Assembly (NCBI GenBank): GCA_964549615.1
Contig: CAZJVP010000043.1
Coordinates: 1-17,057 of the forward strand
Reading direction: 5' to 3'
Source: an uncultured Thermococci archaeon
GTDB taxonomy: Archaea; CAYQAE01; CAYVLA01
DNA: 17,057 nt
How positions within the stretch are numbered: the stretch's first letter is position 1; each line of letters begins with the position of its first letter. Both the position numbers and the translations under genes were made by a program. Positions 1 through 6,811 of this stretch are shown in pieces. The notes below the pieces were generated by a model. The model made no database searches, was not told where the DNA came from, and saw only the letters and a list, made by a program, of their open reading frames with translations.

Positions 1-1
1 G

Positions 2-1213
2 GGCAGGTCTGTGCTGGAGGGCAAGATGCCGAACATCGGTTTCCCGACCCACTACAATCAGTATTTCCCCTTCCTCCTCGCCATCCCCGTGGCGCTTGCA
101 AACAATCCTTACTCGATAGTGGCATTCTTCATGGCGTTCGATATCATGGTCGGGCTTGGCGTCTGGAGCTTGGCTAGCAAGATCGCCGAGAACCTCCCGC
201 CGAGCTCAATTCCAGAAGACCTTCCCAAGACATCGGTGATGCTCTATATCCTTTGTCCAGCCTCCTTCTACGTCACGATATACTGGAACCAGCAGGAGGT
301 CGTCACGGCCTTCCTGCTGCTCCTGGTCGTGTATGCGTACCTTGCCTGGGAGCGCCGTCCCGACAGGCTTCTAGTCGCGGTTCCGCTAGTGATGGCAGGG
401 GCATTCGTTCTTAGCTATCTTCTGGTCTGCATAGGGCTCTTCGCGGTCTTGACTCTGTTCTATGACGCGGAGCTTAAGCGCAAGCTGATCGTCAGATCGG
501 GTGCAGCAATACTTGCTCTGTACATGCCCTTCCTCCTCCTCGGTGTTGATTTCAAGCCGGTGCTTGAGGAGTTCGGGTACGGCGCGATAGGTAACAACCC
601 CTTTGCCATCCTGGAGACGTTCTCTCTGAGTGCGGGCCCATTGCCCTACGTGCTCCTGGTTGTAGCTTTCGCGTTGGTGTACTTCGCGGTCACTATCGGG
701 AGACGAGGTTACGAGAGCTCCGGACTGACGGCCATATCCATCGTCTTGCTGGCCTACCTCCTGTTCATGACGCTTTCACGGAAATCGGTCAGTTTCTATG
801 TTCTGGTCTTCTTGCCGTTTCTTGCGGTCTTCGTGGCTGCGAACCAGAAGCTTGGCGACCTGTACCTGATCTACGGGCTGGCGAACTCGTTTGCGAGCCA
901 CTTTGGCGATAGGCCAAACATAAACGCACTTGCCCGCCTCCTGCCGGTCGAACCTGACGCAGCGATGGCGATCGTCCTTGCCTTCATGGTTGCCTTCATT
1001 CTCATGGTTGTGGCGATCCAATTGGCGTTCATACGCGAGCTAATCCGCCCCTACCGGAGTGCCCTCTTCCGGCTGAGGCTGTCAGGAGTCCTGCGCTTCT
1101 ACGCAGATCAGTTGAGGTCTTTGTTCCGGCGCTGCGGCACACCCGCCCGCTCGGAGGATGGCAAGAACGGATCGGCCTTTGATTCACAATGGCTTTTCAG
1201 AAAAAGGAACTAG
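2..1213 (+). CDS. Multi-pass membrane protein, probable GT-C fold glycosyltransferase (GT87/PIG-M-like); probably 5'-truncated by the window edge
   Basis: The frame is open to the window edge (ggc agg tct gtg...). It has about 10 hydrophobic segments. The loop VLEGKMPNIGFPTHYNQYFPF resembles the GT-C 'G..PY..F...Y.P' loop, and WNQQE resembles the GT87 'WGQxD/E' motif. It lies next to aglB genes. Confidence 0.55.
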   Translation, partial: GRSVLEGKMPNIGFPTHYNQYFPFLLAIPVALANNPYSIVAFFMAFDIMVGLGVWSLASKIAENLPPSSIPEDLPKTSVMLYILCPASFYVTIYWNQQEVVTAFLLLLVVYAYLAWERRPDRLLVAVPLVMAGAFVLSYLLVCIGLFAVLTLFYDAELKRKLIVRSGAAILALYMPFLLLGVDFKPVLEEFGYGAIGNNPFAILETFSLSAGPLPYVLLVVAFALVYFAVTIGRRGYESSGLTAISIVLLAYLLFMTLSRKSVSFYVLVFLPFLAVFVAANQKLGDLYLIYGLANSFASHFGDRPNINALARLLPVEPDAAMAIVLAFMVAFILMVVAIQLAFIRELIRPYRSALFRLRLSGVLRFYADQLRSLFRRCGTPARSEDGKNGSAFDSQWLFRKRN

Positions 1214-1255
1214 AGGATCCTTCTTGTTTCCGCCGGGAGCGCGAAGGCACATGTC

Positions 1256-3226
1256 CTACGGGCTGTGTCCATAGTTCACCTTGTAGATTTTGACGTTCGT
1301 GTCGCCGTAGGCACCCGAGGAATACGACTGGTGTATCAGCTCGAAGTTCTTCTTCTCGGGGTCCGGTTGGATGAACAAGAGCTTGTAGATCGTCGTGTTC
1401 CGGCCTTTTGGGGTCAGATCGGACCATGATATCCCTGTGGCGTTCACGTTCAGCTTGTAGTAGCCGTCGGGGTAGTCGGTGATGTTGCCCACTATCTGGG
1501 CAAAGGCGCCGACCAGCCAGAAGTCATGCTCCGGCACGATCACGTACTCCACCTGATATCTTCGGAAGATGTCTATCGCGACATCCTCGGGGGACAGGTA
1601 CGCTAGCGCGGTGCTCTGTATCGCCTGGAAGTCGGTGGTCGCCCCGTCGGTGACGCATCTCCTCTTCGCGACGGAGGTGATCCAGTGCCCGTAGTCCCAC
1701 CATGAGAGCAGTATAGAGTCCTGTGGGGTTTCCCTGTTGAGCCAGATGAGCGCGTCGTACCAGCCCTGGCCCATGTGGATCCCCCTCCCTTGGACGAGTT
1801 CCAACCCGGTGAGAATCGAGGGCGTGAGCAAGAGCAGAAGCGAGAGCGCAGCGAGCGGGCCTCCGATCCTTGCTAGCCTGAGCTCCTTCCGGACCTCCTG
1901 CTTCACGTTCCGAGATCTGGATTGGGCGAGGATGCTCAGAGATCGCTGCCTTGAGGCCATTTCCATGAACTCCCAGATCGCGATCGCGCTGAGGACGCAG
2001 AGGGCTGGGGTCAGGAGCATGGTGCTCCTTATTGCAGACAGGCCCGCGTAGAACCCTGAGCCTGCCCAGAGCACGAGGAAGACGTCCTCCAGGCGCCTCC
2101 TGTACAGGGAGAAACCAACCCCGATGATGGCGAGGAAGGGGTAGAAACTGTACCTTGAAAGCCAGTCGCCGAGCGTCGGCTTTGCATACTCTTGGACGGT
2201 GATGTGCATGCCGACTTGGGGGCTCTTGAAGGCGTTCATGAGGATGAGGAACTTCTGGGCCACCTTGAATTGTACAAGTCCCAGGGCCGGCCCATAGACG
2301 GGGAAGAGGCCCGCGCCGAGGCCAAGGAGCACGAATACGATGATCGCCGTCCTCCTAGTGAGGAGATGCATCCGAACTGCCTCCTTGACCAAGGCCTGGT
2401 AGCCGGCAAGCGCAACTACCGAGAGGATATGGATCAGCACGAACGGGTTGCTGAGCCGCCAGTTGGGTATGCTCGCCGAGATCCCAAGCATGGATAGGCT
2501 CATCGCGATCAGCCCGACGGCGGTCGAATCCGAAAGCCTCAAGATCCCTAGGAGCTCAAGAACGATGACCACGGCATAGAACAGGGAAAGGAACAGCAGA
2601 AGGTACGTGTATCCGCCCCAGGTCAGAGCCACCAGTCCGAAGAAGAGCCCGGCACATAGACCCTCAAGCGTCGCCGTCATCAGGGCCGGCCCTCCAAGCA
2701 GCCTTACCGCGAGGGCGAAGCCCGCCAGCATGAGGGGGAATGCAAGACATTCCTTGTCTGCAACTCCGCCCATAGTTCTGTTCAAGAACTCTGGGATGGT
2801 GGCTATCAAGAGGGCCGAGATGAGGCCGGTCCTGACGTTCCTCAAAGTCTTGCCGATGAAGTAGACGGGTATGACGACGAACGACCCGACGATCGCAGGA
2901 AACAGCACGGTCCACGACTCGAGCGTGATCCTGGATCCCGCGAGGCGCAGGAACGAGTAGGTGTACGCGATTGCAAACGGCAGCAGGGGCATCTCCAAGT
3001 CAAGGGATCTTCCGTTGGGCTGCCAGCCCATGTTGTCCCAAACGGGGTAGTAGCCTTTCTCCACGATGTTTTCTGCCATTCGGAACATGAAGTAGGCATC
3101 CGGATCCATGATGGTGCCGAACCTAGTTGGCACCATCCTGACGCTCATGGCGAGGAAGAGGATCAACAGGATCGCTATGGTCGGCCAGTTCTGTGCCAGA
3201 TCGGATGGCAGGCGAAGCGAACTCGT
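1256..3226 (-). CDS. aglB: Oligosaccharyltransferase AglB/STT3, paralog 1 (start uncertain: ACG at 3226 or TTG at 3166)
   Basis: WWDYG at 1688-1702, DPD in the first loop, RTMGGVADKE, TVQE (TIXE motif) and DGATT. Many TM helices are followed by a soluble C-terminal domain. The frame extends upstream of 3166 through the first TM helix to an in-frame ACG preceded by GAGGTGA. Confidence 0.93.
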   Translation of the reverse strand, partial: TSSLRLPSDLAQNWPTIAILLILFLAMSVRMVPTRFGTIMDPDAYFMFRMAENIVEKGYYPVWDNMGWQPNGRSLDLEMPLLPFAIAYTYSFLRLAGSRITLESWTVLFPAIVGSFVVIPVYFIGKTLRNVRTGLISALLIATIPEFLNRTMGGVADKECLAFPLMLAGFALAVRLLGGPALMTATLEGLCAGLFFGLVALTWGGYTYLLLFLSLFYAVVIVLELLGILRLSDSTAVGLIAMSLSMLGISASIPNWRLSNPFVLIHILSVVALAGYQALVKEAVRMHLLTRRTAIIVFVLLGLGAGLFPVYGPALGLVQFKVAQKFLILMNAFKSPQVGMHITVQEYAKPTLGDWLSRYSFYPFLAIIGVGFSLYRRRLEDVFLVLWAGSGFYAGLSAIRSTMLLTPALCVLSAIAIWEFMEMASRQRSLSILAQSRSRNVKQEVRKELRLARIGGPLAALSLLLLLTPSILTGLELVQGRGIHMGQGWYDALIWLNRETPQDSILLSWWDYGHWITSVAKRRCVTDGATTDFQAIQSTALAYLSPEDVAIDIFRRYQVEYVIVPEHDFWLVGAFAQIVGNITDYPDGYYKLNVNATGISWSDLTPKGRNTTIYKLLFIQPDPEKKNFELIHQSYSSGAYGDTNVKIYKVNYGHSP

Positions 3227-3264
3227 CCGTTCACCTCGAAGCTAGCCCCAGCGGCCAAAGTTTG

Positions 3265-3274
3265 AAATATATAT
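3265..3274 (-). promoter_or_regulatory. Putative TATA box for aglB paralog 1
   Basis: ATATATATTT on the minus strand is the main AT-rich patch in the GC-rich divergent intergenic region. It lies about 28 nt upstream of the GAGGTGA SD at 3231-3237. Confidence 0.6.
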
Positions 3275-3382
3275 CCCAAGCGGCTTGGCCGGGGGGAAGA
3301 GCGCTCTGCTGCAGGCTGCAGGGGTACAAGTAATAAGCCCGGCCGTTTTCCCTCGCGCGCGAGTTTCAAGGTTGGAGCGAGC

Positions 3383-5527
3383 ATGTTGACGGACTTTTTC
3401 AGGAAGAGGCGTCTGCTCATGTTGCAGGTCGGCGCCCTCGTTCTGCTCTACGCAGCGGGCGCCTACCTTCGACTGGCGCCCCTTCCGACCTGGGGCGTGT
3501 ATGTGACAGCAGACGACCCTGTCCTGCACGTGCGGGTGACCGAGTACGTGCTTGAGCACGGACACCTCCCGCGAAACGATACCCTGGCCTGGTATCCGTG
3601 GGGGCAGAACTGGGAGAGGACCCTTCCAAATTTTCGGTACTACCTGACCGCTTTCCTCTTCTCCATCGGCCGCTCGCTGGGGATGAGGCTTTCGCTTTAC
3701 GATTTCTGCGTGATCTTCCCTGCCTTCTTCGCGCCCTTGGCCGTCGTGCCCATGTTCCTCCTGGTCAGGCTGCTGAGGGATTGGAAGTCCGGGCTCGTTT
3801 CGGCCGGGGTGTTGGTGCTTTCGAACGGCTATCTTTCAAGGACGATAGCCGGATTCTACCGTCACGAGCAGGTCGGCATCCCGCTGCTCGTCCTATGCAT
3901 GTACTTCTTCGTAAAGAGCATGAGGTCGGAAACGCTGCGCGACACGCTGGCCTATTCGGTTGCGTCGGGCACTAGCCTTGTTCTGCTAACGGGTACCTGG
4001 TCGGGGTTCAGGTTCCTCTTGGACGGCTTTCCGGTCCTGGTGTTCTTTGCCCTCCTCGTCGGCAGGATGGGTCGCAGGCTGCTCATCGCCTTCCTGGTGA
4101 CCGACGGGATGGCCCTTGCCTCGACCTTCTTCTGGCCCAACCTAAGTTCATACTTCTTCAAGACCTTCGAGTTCTCCGTTGTCGTTGTCGTTATGATCAC
4201 GGCGCTTGCATACGAGTTCGCGCTGAAGAAGCACGTCGATGCTGAGAGGCTACCGCTCGCCACGGCCGGCCTGGCGGCCGTCGTTTTCCTGCTTATGCTC
4301 GCCACCATCAGCGGCTTGCCCGTCGGACGGCTCGAGGTCGTGATCAACCCACTTAGAACCCCGCCTGCGGGCGACGTCTCGCAGACGGTTGCCGAGCATG
4401 CCGCAATGCGGCTGAGCTTCGTGGGAGGAAAGATGGACTGGCCGGCCATGAGCTCCTATGGCTGGTTCCTATTCGTGGTTCCCCTGGGCATGGTCTTGCC
4501 CTTCCTGAAGCGGGAGGATAGCAATCTCGTCGTCCTGTCGATGCTGGTCTTCACCTGCTTCCTGCTATTCCTCGCGCTGGATCCCTACCCGGCTCTCGTG
4601 TGTTACGCGATTGTCCTTCTTGCGATGGCTGGTCTCTGGTTCCTCTGTCCGCCGGCAGATCGCCCCAAGAATGAGGAGGTGATGATGATCCTCTTTGCCC
4701 TGCTTTCCGCCTACTTCTTCAAGAATATGATAAGGCTGAACATCCTATTCTCCGTCTTTGTCGGGGTCCAGTCGGGCCTCTTCTTCGGCACGGCCCTTGA
4801 CATGGCGTCGCTTCACATGCGGGATCAGACGGCGCGGCGGGCGTCGGATTCTCGGTCAAGGAAACGCAAGGAGAGGAAAAGGAGGCAGCGGGCTATGGAA
4901 GGCAGGGCCGAGCCGGAGGCGGCTAGAGCCGGCGTCAACTACCTTCAGGTGGCGATGGCCGGGTTCTTCGTGATCCTGCTCGTCTTCACGATGTCCACTT
5001 CATACAAGTCCGCGAAGGCTTACCCCCTGGGCCTGCGGGAGGACTGGTTCCAGGCGCTGGACTGGATAGAGGAGAACTCGGAGCCGGACGATGTGATCAT
5101 GTCTTGGTGGGACTATGGCTACTGGATACAGACCTACGCCGGACGTCCGACCATCGCCGACGGTGCCACGACCAACAGCAGCCAGATAAGGAGGCTGGCA
5201 AGGGCGTTCATGACGACGGAGAAGGAGGCATACCAGTTCTGCAAGGAGTTCAACGTGAGATACGTGGTGGTGGATGTGACGGACGACTTCTACCCCGGGG
5301 CCAAGTGGACCGCGATGGCCGTGATAGCCGAGCAGAGGATCGCGGACTACATGGGGACCGGGCAGGACGGTAAGCCGGTCATCTACGACAAGGGATCGAA
5401 ATGCCTGCTGTTTCGGCTTGCTTCGCGGGTGGCGCTCTCGCAGCCCCTTGCCCTGGAGCATTTCGAGTTCCGGCAGGTTTTCCAGAGTTCGCGGGGCCAG
5501 GTCATAGTATACGAGTTTAAGCCTTGA
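3383..5527 (+). CDS. aglB: Oligosaccharyltransferase AglB/STT3, paralog 2
   Basis: WWDYG at 5105-5119, TADDP, RTIAGFYRHE, TVAEH, DGATTNSS and DK-like DD....AKWTAM. The N-terminal region is polytopic. The ATG is preceded by GGAG. Confidence 0.95.
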   Translation: MLTDFFRKRRLLMLQVGALVLLYAAGAYLRLAPLPTWGVYVTADDPVLHVRVTEYVLEHGHLPRNDTLAWYPWGQNWERTLPNFRYYLTAFLFSIGRSLGMRLSLYDFCVIFPAFFAPLAVVPMFLLVRLLRDWKSGLVSAGVLVLSNGYLSRTIAGFYRHEQVGIPLLVLCMYFFVKSMRSETLRDTLAYSVASGTSLVLLTGTWSGFRFLLDGFPVLVFFALLVGRMGRRLLIAFLVTDGMALASTFFWPNLSSYFFKTFEFSVVVVVMITALAYEFALKKHVDAERLPLATAGLAAVVFLLMLATISGLPVGRLEVVINPLRTPPAGDVSQTVAEHAAMRLSFVGGKMDWPAMSSYGWFLFVVPLGMVLPFLKREDSNLVVLSMLVFTCFLLFLALDPYPALVCYAIVLLAMAGLWFLCPPADRPKNEEVMMILFALLSAYFFKNMIRLNILFSVFVGVQSGLFFGTALDMASLHMRDQTARRASDSRSRKRKERKRRQRAMEGRAEPEAARAGVNYLQVAMAGFFVILLVFTMSTSYKSAKAYPLGLREDWFQALDWIEENSEPDDVIMSWWDYGYWIQTYAGRPTIADGATTNSSQIRRLARAFMTTEKEAYQFCKEFNVRYVVVDVTDDFYPGAKWTAMAVIAEQRIADYMGTGQDGKPVIYDKGSKCLLFRLASRVALSQPLALEHFEFRQVFQSSRGQVIVYEFKP

Positions 5528-5602
5528 TCGGTCCATGGGGGGACGCTGAGGAGCTGTGCGTCGGTCCTATCCGAGAAAGAAAAGGGAGGTGAAGCCTGCC
5601 TT

Positions 5603-6187
5603 TTAGTCAAGCAGCTTCACCGTCAGGGTCCGGTTCTCGAGGGATACGGGATTCTCGTTCGTGTAGGCGTAGTAGAGTCTTATGTCGTAGGTGCTCTCGT
5701 TCACGCCTGTCGGCAGCTGGGGACACATTATGGTCACCCTTATCGCCCTCTCGCCCTTGAGCGTGGTGAACCTCCACTGGAATCGGCCCTCCCGTTCGGT
5801 CCATGTCTCGTTGGCCTCCGTGAAGTCAACCTCGCCCAGCTCTAGCAGTATGGACACCCCTTTCGCTGTTCCCTTCTTGGGCTTGAAGACCAGCTCGATG
5901 TCTTCCTTCTTCACCTGGTACGACGTCCACTCGCTCCGATTGCCGATCGGCTTGTACTCGTCAGGGTATTCCTTGACCCAAATCATGTGGCCCTCGAGCG
6001 GAGGTTGGTTCAGCCATCTCGAGATCCAGTTGGTCTTCGTGAATATGCCCCACGCCGCGATCAACAGCAGTATTATCGCCACGACGAGGATTCCGAGACG
6101 TATCTTTCTCCTAGTCGGGGACTCCACGTACCTTACGGCCTCCTCCTTTCCCGGTTCCTTCTTCTCCTCTGGTGGTGCTTCAGCCAA
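5603..6187 (-). CDS. Single-pass membrane-anchored hypothetical protein (194 aa), likely surface glycoprotein
   Basis: TTG start with AGGAGGT SD 6 nt upstream. A basic stretch (RRKIR) precedes one TM helix and a beta-rich domain. Four N-X-S/T sequons are present. Confidence 0.8.
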   Translation of the reverse strand: MAEAPPEEKKEPGKEEAVRYVESPTRRKIRLGILVVAIILLLIAAWGIFTKTNWISRWLNQPPLEGHMIWVKEYPDEYKPIGNRSEWTSYQVKKEDIELVFKPKKGTAKGVSILLELGEVDFTEANETWTEREGRFQWRFTTLKGERAIRVTIMCPQLPTGVNESTYDIRLYYAYTNENPVSLENRTLTVKLLD

Positions 6188-6199
6188 TCATAGACCTCC

Positions 6200-6385
6200 T
6201 CAGGAAATCCTCTTTCTCAGCCCGATTATGCAAAGGATCAGTCCTCCGAAGAGCAATAGGAACATCAGGAGCAGCCCGACGTCGGCCGCGGCGGTTGGGT
6301 TAAACATCGTGCCCATGCCTAGCACGGCGCCGATGCACATCAGCCCTATTCCTCCAAGGAAGAACGGTCCGCCTTTTCGGGCCAT
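6200..6385 (-). CDS. Small two-TM membrane protein (61 aa, MARKGGPFFLGG...)
   Basis: ATG at 6385 with AGGAG SD (6391-6395) and a TATA box at 6432-6438. It has two Gly-rich hydrophobic helices, and its stop abuts the SD of the next gene. Confidence 0.75.
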   Translation of the reverse strand: MARKGGPFFLGGIGLMCIGAVLGMGTMFNPTAAADVGLLLMFLLLFGGLILCIIGLRKRIS

Positions 6386-6431
6386 GAGAACTCCTACCCG
6401 GAGAGACCTTTCCCAGAGGAAGCCAATTGCC

Positions 6432-6438
6432 TTATAAA
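6432..6438 (-). promoter_or_regulatory. TATA box (TTTATAA) for the two-gene membrane-protein operon
   Basis: Consensus archaeal TATA about 47 nt upstream of ATG 6385, leaving room for a short leader with an SD. Confidence 0.65.
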
Positions 6439-6536
6439 GGTTATTGTGCGGTTCCGGGGCTGCGGCGGCAGTAACAACCAATCCGTTGGCCCGATAGACC
6501 AACCAACCATATCCATGCCTGACCAACAGGGCATTC

Positions 6537-6545
6537 GAAGAAAAA
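6537..6545 (-). terminator. Oligo-T terminator after tRNA-Trp
   Basis: TTTTTCTTC begins 3 nt after the discriminator base. Confidence 0.5.
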
Positions 6546-6547
6546 TG

Positions 6548-6718
6548 TGGGGCCACAGGGATTTCCGTTCCGTCTTGATGACGGGATTTCGAACCCTGGT
6601 CGGTGGGTTTCTTCTTACCCTCCGTCGCTCATCGGCAGTTGCCTCGCCGCTCCGGAGTCTTTGACTGGAGCCCACTATGATTCCGGGTCAAATCCTTACC
6701 GGACTACACCATGGCCCC
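6548..6718 (-). tRNA. trnW: tRNA-Trp(CCA) with three introns: 21/22 (6696-6681, 16 nt), 37/38 (6664-6609, 56 nt) and 59/60 (6587-6562, 26 nt); 3' CCA not encoded
   Basis: Acceptor stem GGGGCCA/TGGCCCC pairs 7/7. D stem GTGT/TCAT. Anticodon stem GTGGG/CCCAC with loop CT-CCA-G/A (anticodon at 6668-6666). T stem CAGGG/CCCTG with loop TTCGAA/T. Discriminator A at 6548. BHB-type motifs occur at the junctions. Confidence 0.93.
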
Positions 6719-6743
6719 TGTACTTCGTGGCCGGTCAAGATCG

Positions 6744-6758
6744 ATAAAAATCTTTCCG
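6744..6758 (-). promoter_or_regulatory. BRE + TATA promoter of tRNA-Trp
   Basis: Minus strand CGGAAAGA-TTTTTAT, ending 26 nt upstream of tRNA G1. Confidence 0.75.
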
Positions 6759-6811
6759 GATCTTATGGTAGGATTCCACGGCCGCCTGGCCTGACCGAAA
6801 GCCGCGGCCGG

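Noticed and set aside
5584-5606. Strong SD-like GGGAGGTGA on the plus strand after aglB-2
   Set aside because: It only overlaps a 5-codon GTG...TAG micro-ORF running into a convergent gene end, so it is probably chance.
6474-6534. Repeated ACCAA words and a small hairpin (ATGCCTG...CAGGGCAT) downstream of the tRNA
   Set aside because: Too short and irregularly spaced for a CRISPR array or tandem repeat, and no supportable function.
6548-6600. tRNA 3' end as an integration (att) site
   Set aside because: I saw no integrase and no second copy of the tRNA 3' end elsewhere in the window.
6394-6747. Short ORFs (6394-6675, 6446-6664, 6547-6747) and the N-terminal extension of ORF 6200-6556
   Set aside because: They overlap the tRNA-Trp gene and the promoter at 6432-6438, and have no protein-like features.
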